Origin: Paramoeba atlantica
Taxonomy: Eukaryota; Protista; Discosea
DNA: 64,000 bases
Reading direction: 5' to 3'
Assembly (NCBI GenBank): GCA_977017575.1
Contig: CDRNVI010000058.1
Span: 1 to 64,000 of the forward strand
Within the stretch, counting starts at the first letter, position 1. Every line of letters begins with the position of its first letter. A model generated the notes under the pieces. It saw nothing but the letters and a program-made list of their open reading frames with translations, ran no database searches and was not told the origin of the DNA. Shown piece by piece: positions 54,161 to 64,000 of the stretch. Position numbers and translations under genes: made by a program.

Positions 54161-55261
54161 TATACTATTGCCCGCGACCAAGAAAAGATATGAATAAGAA
54201 ATAAAGGATCAACGCCATCGAAAAAGTACCCCAAAATAGACTTTTTCGATTTTTTATACATTTGTACTTTTAATTTCTCACCCCAGCTTCATATTGGGGT
54301 GCCATTGCAACGTCCTTTCACGCACCTAAAGTCCAATGTCAAAAAAATACCTTCGTCCTGATGAACGAAGTAAGAGTGAACAAAACCGATGAAATTCCGA
54401 AAAAACAGACGTTTTTGACGTCGGTCGTTATGCGTTCAGGATAAACTAGGTAAGAAAAAGTACGTAAAAATGGGTGAAAAACGTTGCAAGGGCACTGCAG
54501 CATTCAGCTGGAGTCAAAAGGCCCCCCCTAAAAAAGCGTTTAACTTCATATTTTCCTTAATAAAATGTACCAAAAAAAGAAAATTTATGAGCTTTATCCT
54601 GGTTCCGGTTCTGGGCCCGGAAAAAGATTTCAAATTCCTTCAATAGTGGAACATACGGTACAGTCTTCTATCACCATGTCATCCAAGGTTGCCAACCACA
54701 AAACTTGATGCGGTCAGACATTTTGCAGCCTGTGCAAGGAAGAATGATAGAGCGGAGTCGTGAAAGTACAAAAATATGATGCTTAATCACTCGCGTAGAT
54801 GATAGTGAAATTTTTGCGCGAAACTACGATGAAAAAAATTAAGTTTTTTTGGGAGAGAAAGTCCCCTTTCACCTGCAGCTGGAGTCAAGAAATGAAAAAA
54901 AGGTTAAGAAAATGAAAAAATATATTTTGGGCTACATTTTCGATGGCATTGGGCCGAAATAAAATATTATTGGTTGAAATTGCAACAACGAAATTGCGAC
55001 CAAAAGGGATCATTGTACGCAAGAATGCTGACGACCCGTGGTAACGTACAAAAAGGGAGTATGATCAGCAAAAGTATTTAAAGGGCCTCACTGTTCGACC
55101 TTTTATGGTGAAGAAACCAAAAAAGCTAAGGCCGCGTGATGTTCTTTTTGTTGAAACGAAAACCAAGCAAAGAAATATTCGTTTTTATGAAGTGGGTATC
55201 ATTTTATGCAAAAATATTCTGCTTAATCGATGAAAATCATCACGATCAATGTACCACTAGT

Positions 55262-55786
55262 TCAAAACATTCCATGCCACAGTTCCATACACATCATCCG
55301 AAAGGACCAAATCAAAAGAAAACTATGAAGCCCAACCGTAATTATCTTTTTCAAAATCAGACGGTAATAAGAAACAGAAATTGCAATAAAAGTTGAACAA
55401 GAATTAAAGGCAGTACTATTGCTTGGCTCGATTGAAGAATCCTGTACATTTCGACTCGAATAAACTAAGTCGTCAAAGTCATTCACTGGATTGGATTTAT
55501 CATTTGCAGGAACACCTGTTGTCCACTCTTCGTAACCAGAAGAAAGTATCTCGTTCCAAACCAGCGAATCTTCGATTACGTCATCTGTAAGACTCCACGG
55601 AAGAGAAGCGGTGTAAGATTGTTCAACGCAAGACAAGAGAAAAATGCGTCCATCTCGTTTGAAGAACGAAGAAACGCAAAAAAGATACGTTAAAAAAATT
55701 AGGCTCAAACAATAAAGAAAAATGTTGTGGTTTATTTTCTTTTGAAAGACTGCAGTAGAAAACTCCGAATATAGAATCTCGGACAT
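55262..55786 (-). CDS. Hypothetical small membrane protein
   Basis: ATG at 55786; hydrophobic segments near both ends; same strand as the cluster. Confidence 0.35.
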   Translation of the reverse strand: MSEILYSEFSTAVFQKKINHNIFLYCLSLIFLTYLFCVSSFFKRDGRIFLLSCVEQSYTASLPWSLTDDVIEDSLVWNEILSSGYEEWTTGVPANDKSNPVNDFDDLVYSSRNVQDSSIEPSNSTAFNSCSTFIAISVSYYRLILKKIITVGLHSFLLIWSFRMMCMELWHGMF

Positions 55787-56195
55787 GCTACGATTCTTCA
55801 ATTAGGTTGATCTCATGCGAAAGACCTCATGCAAGCAATACTGGTAAGAAAGAAATTTTGGAATATAAATTTTGCTATTGAAAGACCATCTCACGAAAGC
55901 AATTCTACGAATACACCCTACGAGAATAATGCCAAAAATCGTAGTGCACTGCTTGCTGATTGCGAGAGTACTTTGTAATCCTACATTGAAAAAAGTGCGC
56001 ACTACGCCCCAATTTTCCAAAGGCGATTAATTAAAACTTCTGTAAAAAGCATAAACAAGCGATTACAAGAATTAAGATACTAGAAAACGATAAAAGGAAT
56101 CCCAACGAAGGTGGTGTCTGACACAAGGTGTTACATCCTTCCCGAAATTCTCTCATACCTTGAAGACATACAGTACGTGAGCCAATCGACAATTT

Positions 56196-58391
56196 CTAGT
56201 TAGACGAAGTACGTTTTTTTGCTACACCAATATTGGTTGCATTCACTTTTGAAGCAAAACGAAGCGAACTCACAGTTTCCGAAGCGTGTTCTTCCAAAGG
56301 AGACACGTTTACCAGCATAAGCACTTTGCTACCCTCCCCTCCAAGATAGTTTTGCAACAAATACGTAAGCTTACTATTCCGATAAGGAACATGACTGGGA
56401 GCGTTGCAATCCGCATTTTCATGTAGCGCCTTCTCCCGTTGACCCAGAGCCAAAATGACGTCTCCTAAATGTGAAAGTGAACGATTAATCTGTACGGCTT
56501 CTTTAAAATGGTGACCTTGCACACCACTCTCCGAAACCCTCTCGGATCCTGCCAAATCTATGAGGCATAGGATTCCTGAAGTTTTTTGACCCATTTTTTG
56601 GTTTGTCCCTTCAATTTTCAATGTGAAAACACTGTGCGAGCGACTTGACCTTTCGTTTATCTTTGTACGTGCCGTAGTCCGATTTTGCATGGCAGTTCTA
56701 AGTAATTCTTCTAACTCATAGGGTGCTGTGACAGACACTACCCTTACTCCTGTTACGTTCGTGTCTTGTTTACCATCATGCCTAATTTCATGCTTTATTT
56801 CTCCACGATCTAGAATTGCCTTTTGATAGTCTTCAGAATCTACCAGAAGGTCACGTATAATATCGTTGTAAATTTCTACGAATGTGCAGCTCAAATTAAA
56901 ATTCCACCCGAAGTTTGCAATTAATTGTTGTGTGGAATCAAAGATGCGCTCGACAGATCGCATAATGATTCCCGGTTTCTCAGGAGTTCCTTCCATCGTG
57001 TATGTCTTGCCACTTCCTGTTTGACCATAAGCAAAAATGCAAACTTTGAAACCGTCCACAGCACTTTCGACAACGGGACAGACACGTTCAAAAATTTCGT
57101 CCTGAGAGCACTGAGGCGAAAAAACCGCGTCGTACTTAAATTGTATCGGCTTCTCAATTCGTGCCGTAGAAGTTGCGTTATCCCGACTCTGCCGAATTTC
57201 TATCATACGATTGTCTATCTTGTCCGGATACTCCAAAGGAGCCTCAGACTTTGATCCAAGTGGAGGTCGTACGCGGCAGTAAACTCGGATATTACCTTTC
57301 AGCTCTTCAATTTGGACTAATAATTTGCGTCGCGCTTGTTCTCCTTGAAGAATCAAAAGCTCTTTCTGCCTCTCCCTTTCGCTTAACTCGCACAAATTGC
57401 CTTGCGTGGCTCCTAATCGGCTTGTCATATCTTGCGTGAGTTTTTCTAGAGTTTCGACTCGAGACTTTAGAGTAATTACATGTTCATGCTGCCCAGTGAG
57501 CTCATTTCTGAGAGCATTTGCGTCCGAAGTCTTAGTAGTCAGTTCTAGTTTTAGTGAGTCTGTGTATCTCTCCTTTTCCGTCAAAGTTAATTCTAACTTT
57601 TTCACTCTTTGCTGCGCGACGTTCATTTCATTGGACAGAGATTGATATTCTGCAGCTGCATCAGAAATGTTTGCTTTCTGTTCTTCATTCAAAACCTCAA
57701 ACGACTTTATTTGGACTAATTGCTCTTGGATTTGATCGTGAAGAAGTTTAATTTCTTCATCCTTGTCTTTTATGGACTGAGTAAGAGTGCTTTCCGTTTG
57801 TTTTGATTCCGCGTATAAATTGTTAAGTTTCTCTTCAATGGAGCATATGGAAATGCTGTGCTTTGATTCTGCCTCTGCGAACAGTTTTTCTTGCTTTTCT
57901 ACATTTCCCTTGAGAAGCTCTTCTTTTTCATTAGCCGATTTTCTAAATTCGTCAAGCTTTGCATCTTTTTCATTTAGCTGAGCCACATACCGAGACTCCT
58001 GTTGACGTTGATCTTCGGCGGCAAGCTCTTGAAATTCGATAAATTTCTGTTTCTCTTCCTCCATTTGCTCTTCCAGTTGTTGTTTCTGGTGTTGCAATGT
58101 AAATATTTCATTCAACTGTTTTTGTTCCGTCATAGCGACATCCAGAGCTATCTTCTCACTTTCTTTTTGTAGTTTTGTGTGGGCGGCTTCTAGTTTACTG
58201 TACTGCGTAGCCACTGGCTTTGAAGTACCTTGTGATCTTACTGCTATTCGACCACGTGGAGCGGAGGTTGTAATTGAACGGCCTCGTGCTGAAGTAGCCG
58301 GACGTTTTGGATCCCTCTCGACAGGCTGCGATACGGACCTTTCGGCGGGCCTTTTTATACTCACCGACCCGGTTTTTGCTGCAAGTGGCAT
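56196..58391 (-). CDS. Kinesin-14 (C-terminal motor, KIFC1/Kar3/Ncd type)
   Basis: N-terminal coiled coil followed by ELKGNIRVYCRVRP, AYGQTGSGKTYTM, NERSSRSH, LIDLAGSER and SLRFASKVN. Confidence 0.95.
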   Translation of the reverse strand: MPLAAKTGSVSIKRPAERSVSQPVERDPKRPATSARGRSITTSAPRGRIAVRSQGTSKPVATQYSKLEAAHTKLQKESEKIALDVAMTEQKQLNEIFTLQHQKQQLEEQMEEEKQKFIEFQELAAEDQRQQESRYVAQLNEKDAKLDEFRKSANEKEELLKGNVEKQEKLFAEAESKHSISICSIEEKLNNLYAESKQTESTLTQSIKDKDEEIKLLHDQIQEQLVQIKSFEVLNEEQKANISDAAAEYQSLSNEMNVAQQRVKKLELTLTEKERYTDSLKLELTTKTSDANALRNELTGQHEHVITLKSRVETLEKLTQDMTSRLGATQGNLCELSERERQKELLILQGEQARRKLLVQIEELKGNIRVYCRVRPPLGSKSEAPLEYPDKIDNRMIEIRQSRDNATSTARIEKPIQFKYDAVFSPQCSQDEIFERVCPVVESAVDGFKVCIFAYGQTGSGKTYTMEGTPEKPGIIMRSVERIFDSTQQLIANFGWNFNLSCTFVEIYNDIIRDLLVDSEDYQKAILDRGEIKHEIRHDGKQDTNVTGVRVVSVTAPYELEELLRTAMQNRTTARTKINERSSRSHSVFTLKIEGTNQKMGQKTSGILCLIDLAGSERVSESGVQGHHFKEAVQINRSLSHLGDVILALGQREKALHENADCNAPSHVPYRNSKLTYLLQNYLGGEGSKVLMLVNVSPLEEHASETVSSLRFASKVNATNIGVAKKRTSSN

Positions 58392-58398
58392 ACAAAGT

Positions 58399-58445
58399 CT
58401 ATACGTATTGTGAAAAGAAAAGGAGAATATCTAAGAGAAGAATAG
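58399..58445 (-). promoter_or_regulatory. Polypyrimidine tract and AG: candidate trans-splice acceptor of the kinesin-14 gene
   Basis: Minus strand TTCTTCTCTTAGATATTCTCCTTTTCTTTTCACAATACGTATAG|ACTTTGT-ATG. A similar tract precedes the 32483 start. Confidence 0.5.
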
Positions 58446-58697
58446 TGCAATGCTCTTGATCTCTTGCTCGTACAAGTGCTGCTACATGATACACTTGTAC
58501 TTGATATGAGTACATGATAGACACTTCTACACGTAAACACATACATGTGCACGTCCGTATACATGTGTTACTTGTAAAAACATGAATGCGCGATCGGCGA
58601 AAAACATTTCATACATCACTAGACGAGTATATTTTAAATATACTGTAGTCTATAGTATACTCTATAGTATTACTCTATAATAGAGTAAATATTCTAT

Positions 58698-59069
58698 TTA
58701 CTTTTTAAATTTGGAGCGCCCTTTCGGACGAGGTCGAGTCATTCCATATTTCGGCAGAGATTTGTGAAAGTCCCATACACGTTCATAGTTAATAAGCTTT
58801 TGCTGTGTGTCCATATTTTTTTCTTTAGTGCCTATGTATTTCATCTCAAAAGGATGGCAACAAACATGAAAATAATGCCTTGCCGAAGCAGCTTTTTCCT
58901 GTATTCTTTTGCACAGGGAACAACGAAAAAGAAGAATGCTGGAAAATCGAATACGTCGTGAAGGGTCGTGCCTTGGCCCTTGCTTATAGATTTGGGGAGC
59001 GCGATATGCGCCAGCTACAGAAGGACGTCGCCCTCGATGCAGCGATGCGTTTGCAAAAAAGCTATTCAT
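58698..59069 (-). CDS. Small basic hypothetical protein, possibly mitochondrial, with CxxC and HxCCH
   Basis: ATG at 59069; Arg/Lys-rich; contains RCSLCKR and HVCCHP. Confidence 0.5.
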   Translation of the reverse strand: MNSFFANASLHRGRRPSVAGAYRAPQIYKQGPRHDPSRRIRFSSILLFRCSLCKRIQEKAASARHYFHVCCHPFEMKYIGTKEKNMDTQQKLINYERVWDFHKSLPKYGMTRPRPKGRSKFKK

Positions 59070-59368
59070 TTTCTCGTTACTATAAGTTGCTGATAAAAAA
59101 TAACAAGAATAATATACATGTAGCATATCTTTAACCCCCAGTTGATGAATTCAACTTTGTCTAAGCTAACAATCTAGCGACCCCGATAAATTAAAAACTA
59201 CAGTACAAGCTACAAATAGACCATAAGAGGCTGCGTGCCTCCGTCCTTGACCTCCCCATGAACGCAGTCGAAAAAATCCGGAACTCGTTTCATCGACTTT
59301 GCCAAGAGCTCGGTTGGGTGGGCGTTTGCTTTTCATTGTTTTCAAGAGGAAAGCAAAGAGTTTCTGCA

Positions 59369-59425
59369 CAAATCCAAATCATTCCGGATTGCCCCGGACG
59401 GTCACTGGCAAGCCAGACCCTTCAC
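59369..59425 (+). repeat. Element A, partial copy 5 (first ~57 bp only)
   Basis: CAAATCCAAATCATTCCGGATTGCCCCGGACGGTCACTGGCAAGCCAGACCCTTCACA. Confidence 0.85.
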
Positions 59426-59537
59426 ATGGGCCCCATTCCAATCCCCCATGGATCTCCCGTTTTTTGATTTTGTTTTTTGAATTTAGACCACCGAAGCCCT
59501 TTTATAATTTTTTCCTTTATTACTGAGTTCCTACTTA

Positions 59538-59597
59538 TTTTTGTTCACTTTTTTCCAAAAATCAAGGGTAGAGCGATAGTTATACAACCACCGCAAT
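59538..59597 (+). repeat. ~60-bp dispersed repeat, copy 3
   Basis: TTTTTGTTCACTTTTTTCCAAAAATCAAGGGTAGAGCGATAGTTATACAACCACCGCAAT. Confidence 0.8.
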
Positions 59598-61388
59598 GTG
59601 TACATATCGAAAGAGAAGTTGTTAGTAGAGAGGCGGAAAAAAGACCCAAAACCTAAAATTAGGCCAAAAGGGACCTTTCTCTCCCAAAAAATTCAAGATG
59701 TTTTACGGGGAAAAGGTCACTTCAACTTTCCAAACTTGCATTAATTCTCTACCGAAAAGGTTTGAATCAAACCCATCAGTTTTGTAAAAGAACGCGAGGA
59801 AGAACGTCATGAACTCATCTTCAGGAAGAGGTTATCATTGTTTCGATAATTTCCCCTTTTTTCCATACATCCCCGTAGTACGGTACTTTGTACTAAATGA
59901 AGTACGGACCCCCAATTTCGTACTACTAAGTACTTAGTACCGTACTATCCGTACTAATTATAGTGTTACCTATGGAAACCTTATCTTGTGTTCGCTCGAG
60001 ATAATATCCTGTGCGTAAAAAGTACTGCGGTGTCGCTCGGGGATGTATTTCGTTTTCAGGCTGATAGATACGGAATATGCGACTACGTTGGATGGCTCCG
60101 CCCACATGGATGTTTCTTGTCACATGGATTGCTCTGGCCTACATTGTATGTACATATTGTAGTAGTAAATATTTAGATGAAATATAGATGTATTAATAAA
60201 TATGTTGTACAAAAAGATTGTAAACCATTTTTGAACGATCCGAGACATATAATGTGGAAATATGGCATACAGTGTCGTACAAATACGTCTCTCCTAAGGT
60301 AAGATGATGGTGCACATGAATAGACATTCAAACATCCATGTTTATTGATGTCTTAGCACATATAATAAATACAAATAGTAAATAATGAAGCAAATAAATG
60401 TATATGGCAAACTGTAAAGTTACATTATGTAGATACATTACGTTTACAAAGGGGAAAAACAAGACGAACACAAGGAGATCACGGAAAAAAACCCACGTAA
60501 ACGTTTCGAAAAATTTATAGCCTTCAATATCAAAAATGTTAACGGACGAAAAAGTTTTAAACGAAATGAAAATATAGCACACAACGTTCACGGATATAAG
60601 CACTTTTCACTTTCTTGCTCTTCATCTGAATCGCCACTTTCCAGCAGATCAAAATCGCCTTCGGATAACTCGCATTCCATATTCGGACTCTGCATCATTT
60701 GCTTCATCTTATCCAGGTTTCCTCGCAAAAAAATTCGATCAGCAATAACGCGGGGAGGAAGTCTTGATTGGCGAGGGTTATACATGTATGCCAAGATGGA
60801 GAGCCATGAATCACATTTCGTTACAAGGGCCGGGCGGCGAAAGCAACAGATGGAAAGAGTCTATCGCCAGCAGTGCACCAGTAATCGTACTCGTTGTGGT
60901 GTATGGATGAATTCCATTCAAAGTCAGTGCAGGTGACGTACGCTTGCCACTATATATCAGTAATTGAAAATATTTTGTTGTGATCATTGAGAGATCCCAA
61001 ACTTCGATCGAAAACGTTGTTCGCCCTCTCAGCGCTAATACACTTCATATCGTAAGGACGACCAAATTCGGAAATAGAAATGGGGTCGAACCAAACGATA
61101 TCTTTCCAGAATTCCATGTTGTGATTCTTGGAGAGCCGAGCCATGTGATGTTTGAGCGATTCTTTAAGTCCCTCAGGTCCTATTCCTTCTTCTAAGTCCT
61201 CAAACAACTGTTCCAAAGTTTCAGCAACATGCGTTGCCGTCGGTTTCCCATTTAAGTCAGAAAATTTGTTTAGTGCTACATACAGAATCTTACAGTCTTT
61301 AAGGAATGATGAGCAGGAATCACGGATACCATCAACGCCGTAACGGGCAATTAGCTTTGAGCATTTTACAATAGACTGAGAGGTTGTA

Positions 61389-61418
61389 CTATAAAGATAC
61401 AGTTTCTGTACCTTGTTG
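61389..61418 (+). other. Spliced-leader (mini-exon)-like relic
   Basis: CTATAAAGATACAGTTTCTGTACCTTGTTG contains GATACAGTTTCTGTAC, 16/16 identical to the T. cruzi SL exon core, and ends in TTG at the expected distance; no GT intron follows. Confidence 0.7.
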
Positions 61419-61454
61419 TTTCAATTGTGTACTACTGTTATCCCCACACGGGGC

Positions 61455-62915
61455 ATGATTTCACATCCCTACGACGACGCCCCCCAAGCGCCAGGCGACC
61501 TCCCTCGAGGATCTGCCAGCGCCCCATCACCCCACGAGGAAAGATTTCGTCTCACCCGGAGTCGCGCCGTTTCCCTTCGACTACGACACTCCGAGTCTCC
61601 GCACTGGGTATACTTCCCCGACACCCACGCAGCCGCCGTATTCCTAACAAGGAAAGGGCACTTCCGAGCGGATATAACAGCGCAGCTTTCTCTCGCCCGC
61701 ACCTTCGAAACTGGAGCAAAACGCTCCGATGGCCTTGTGGTCCAGCGATGCAGCCTGGATGATGTTATGGACCACAAAGGCTGTGATTACTTTCTCTTTC
61801 GCGAAACTTCACCTCCGCACAGAGAGCACCGACACGCGAGCTGGTCCAGTGCGTATGCTGATATCAGCATGAATCTCAAGGAATCGTACTCATCGGCCGG
61901 AGCGCTAGGCAGAGCGGTACAAAAACGTCTACACGATCGCGATATTGCCGCATTAGCGCGCTTTGAGATTACACACGTCCCTCCTGTCCCACAGCAAGGA
62001 GATGATGTTCAATGGAGTAGACAGCAGATTCGATATGATGAGCCTTATCACATTTTCCCTGAACGTAACCGTACCGCCGAGCCAGGCGGAGAGCGGACAC
62101 GGACTGAACCGTGCAAACACCGATGCCTGGACAAGGCCTCCTGCAAGCACCCATGCTGTAAAGTCACAGGGGAACATTCCAATACTGTGAGCGAGCATTT
62201 GCCAAGCCCGCCTCTCTCGGGACTCCCTGCCAACAGAACTACAGACTCCGCCACATTCCATCCACCGGCACATGAACAAAGGCTACCAGAACCCTTGTCG
62301 CCCGAAGAGGGGGCCAGTGCTGCTTCCGCCTCTTTATCATTCCGACCATGCAAACATATCTGTCGAGACAAAACGAGCTGCAAACATTTATGTTGTAAAG
62401 TGGGAGTTGTGCAACGCACATCCAATGCACGACATCTGGAGAATGACAACAGGCCCCCAGAGGCACGCAACGAGGAAGCTGACCGCGTACCGTGCAAACA
62501 CACATGCCGTGACAAAGCGAATTGTGGGCACTCATGCTGTAGAAATGGAAAAGTCCCCACACAAGCCAGGTGGTCTCTAAGGAACCTGCTACCTTGGGTT
62601 GCACAGAGCAGCAGCGACTCTTCACACAACGCAACAGAACGCAGTGTGCCTGAAGAACCTGACAACTCCTCTGCTGCGAGCCCTATGGTAGTGGCTAGTA
62701 TAACTCCAGGAGTAACTGACCCAGACCTTGGGGTACCTTCAGCCCCCGACACCGGAATCACTACTCGCTGTGGAAATGAGGACGAGCCCAGGCGCCCCTG
62801 CATGCATACATGTCGCGACAAACTTCACTGCAAGCACAAATGTTGCCGAATTGGAGTACTCTTACCCTCGACACTGCCTTCCTCATCTACCGCACTCACG
62901 GTGGAATCCCCTTAA
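61455..62915 (+). CDS. Cys/His-repeat protein, probable ORF1 or N-terminal part of a retroelement
   Basis: First ATG 36 nt after the SL-like relic; four PC(K/M)HxCxDKxxCxHxCC motifs at ~62109, 62346, 62490 and 62796. Confidence 0.7.
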   Translation: MISHPYDDAPQAPGDLPRGSASAPSPHEERFRLTRSRAVSLRLRHSESPHWVYFPDTHAAAVFLTRKGHFRADITAQLSLARTFETGAKRSDGLVVQRCSLDDVMDHKGCDYFLFRETSPPHREHRHASWSSAYADISMNLKESYSSAGALGRAVQKRLHDRDIAALARFEITHVPPVPQQGDDVQWSRQQIRYDEPYHIFPERNRTAEPGGERTRTEPCKHRCLDKASCKHPCCKVTGEHSNTVSEHLPSPPLSGLPANRTTDSATFHPPAHEQRLPEPLSPEEGASAASASLSFRPCKHICRDKTSCKHLCCKVGVVQRTSNARHLENDNRPPEARNEEADRVPCKHTCRDKANCGHSCCRNGKVPTQARWSLRNLLPWVAQSSSDSSHNATERSVPEEPDNSSAASPMVVASITPGVTDPDLGVPSAPDTGITTRCGNEDEPRRPCMHTCRDKLHCKHKCCRIGVLLPSTLPSSSTALTVESP

Positions 62916-64000
62916 TCTCATCTCCAGAATACGCCCATCCGTCCACATAGCAGAGGTTCCTCCTGGGGTTGAGCCATGCGACAGAGACGATCCCCCTCAT
63001 GCAATAACCACACTTGTACAGGAGCCACACTCTACCACACGACCGGAAACGCTCGCTCCGGAGGTGACCGTAGAACCGAGCCCTCAAACTCAGACCAGTT
63101 CACGCACACCCACTCCCACACCCAGGAATCTACGTCCAGAAGATGACCGGAACAACCGTCCTTCCCCACATTCTCCCGTAGTAGCCGTCCCGCCCGACAA
63201 TACCGCATCTCATCCGGGAACACGCAGCGACCGACCACTGCTGCGCTCTACCCGACCACCAGTACAGAGCGAGCGCGGCAATGCTCGTCCTCCGAACAGC
63301 TTGCACGATACCTAGGTGGAGGACACACCCGAGAATCTTCTCAGCACACTACGCACCATTGAAGGGGGTCGCATCATGGTACACTTCTCCAATGAGCAAT
63401 GGCAACGGACAGAAAAGAAAGCAGTGGAGCGATGCACTAAGTTTGTGAAGCGTGCCGAAAGCGCTACCGAGGCCACGAATCAAGCTGCATTGCTCACTGC
63501 CTGTATTGCCGTATCGGCCTACGAGACTGCCAGCAGCACGGATCCAACAGGAGGATTCCGTATCAGGACGCACACGGGTCAGAGGGAACGTAGATCTCGC
63601 CCCCTTGCGGCTGAGCGATCAGCGAAGCAACTTTCTACGCACGTGCGCCAGCTCAAGACAGCACTACGGTACGCGCACGGTCGATCCGAACGCAACCGCA
63701 TTAAAGGCGAAATCAAAGAGGCAGTGAAGCTGCAAAAGGTCTATACTGAGGAGGGCGATCTGCAAAGACAGGAAATGGCGAAGAGCTGGGCCCGTATCCG
63801 GTTCCAAAGGAACCCCTGGACCGCAGCCAGCGAATGTCTGGACAACCACGGGAAGGATGCTCTAGAACGAATCGGCAAGTACCCAAACGTCCCCCGCACC
63901 GAGGTCGGCAATCATTTTTGCAATGCCATGGACTCAGAGGAAGAGTATGGTCTCCCCCCGCTAGAGTTACTAGGTCCCCAGGCGGAGTCGACTATGCAGT
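62728..64000 (+). mobile_element. Second frame: Pro/Thr-rich linker, one TAG (63313-63315), then open to the window end; candidate RLE-type non-LTR retrotransposon pre-RT region
   Basis: Hand translation from 63316 has no stop: ...EMAKSWARIRFQRNPWTAASECL...PNVPRTEVGNHF..., resembling the F..NP/DP...E..H segment upstream of RT in R2/R4/NeSL/Hero-type elements. RT itself is not in the window. Confidence 0.5.

Noticed and set aside
54350-54420. Hammerhead ribozyme (CTGATGA...GAAA)
   Set aside because: The required stems could not be paired around the core.
61380-61460. Functional SL RNA gene
   Set aside because: It lacks the 5' AACTAACG, the GT donor and intron, and the downstream T-tract, and it is not in a tandem array.

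Overview
The window is a composite. (1) 1-~7267 is ordinary Flavobacteriaceae-type bacterial DNA: a lipoprotein with MopE-like metal-binding repeats and a minus-strand leuC-leuD-cimA-leuB operon with intrinsic terminators. It abuts an 18-bp tandem array with no transition. (2) ~7268-22700 is gene-poor and repeat-dense: 18-bp and 96-bp satellites, four copies of a ~370-bp dispersed element, several inverted-repeat-bounded modules, a frameshifted RNase H and a decayed non-LTR APE endonuclease. (3) ~22770-59070 is a unidirectional, intron-less minus-strand cluster of eukaryotic genes with kinetoplastid-specific orthologues (RESC2/GAP1, ATPTb2, kinetoplastid-type uL11m) plus CIA1, an epsin-like protein, RNF10-like, BFR1-like, DAG lipase, SMC4, Nudix, DPH7 and kinesin-14. 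This is most consistent with a Perkinsela-like kinetoplastid, which is my inference. Its 52.3-55.2 kb gap holds DNA-transposon-type MITEs, including a hAT-like element with perfect 20-bp TIRs and an 8-bp TSD, and a nested TA-flanked MITE. (4) From 61389 a spliced-leader-like exon relic sits directly 5' of a plus-strand ORF with four CxHxCxDKxxCxHxCC-type motifs, followed by a frame running off the window that resembles the pre-RT region of RLE-type non-LTR retrotransposons. All family assignments are from motif recognition and recall; no searches were run.
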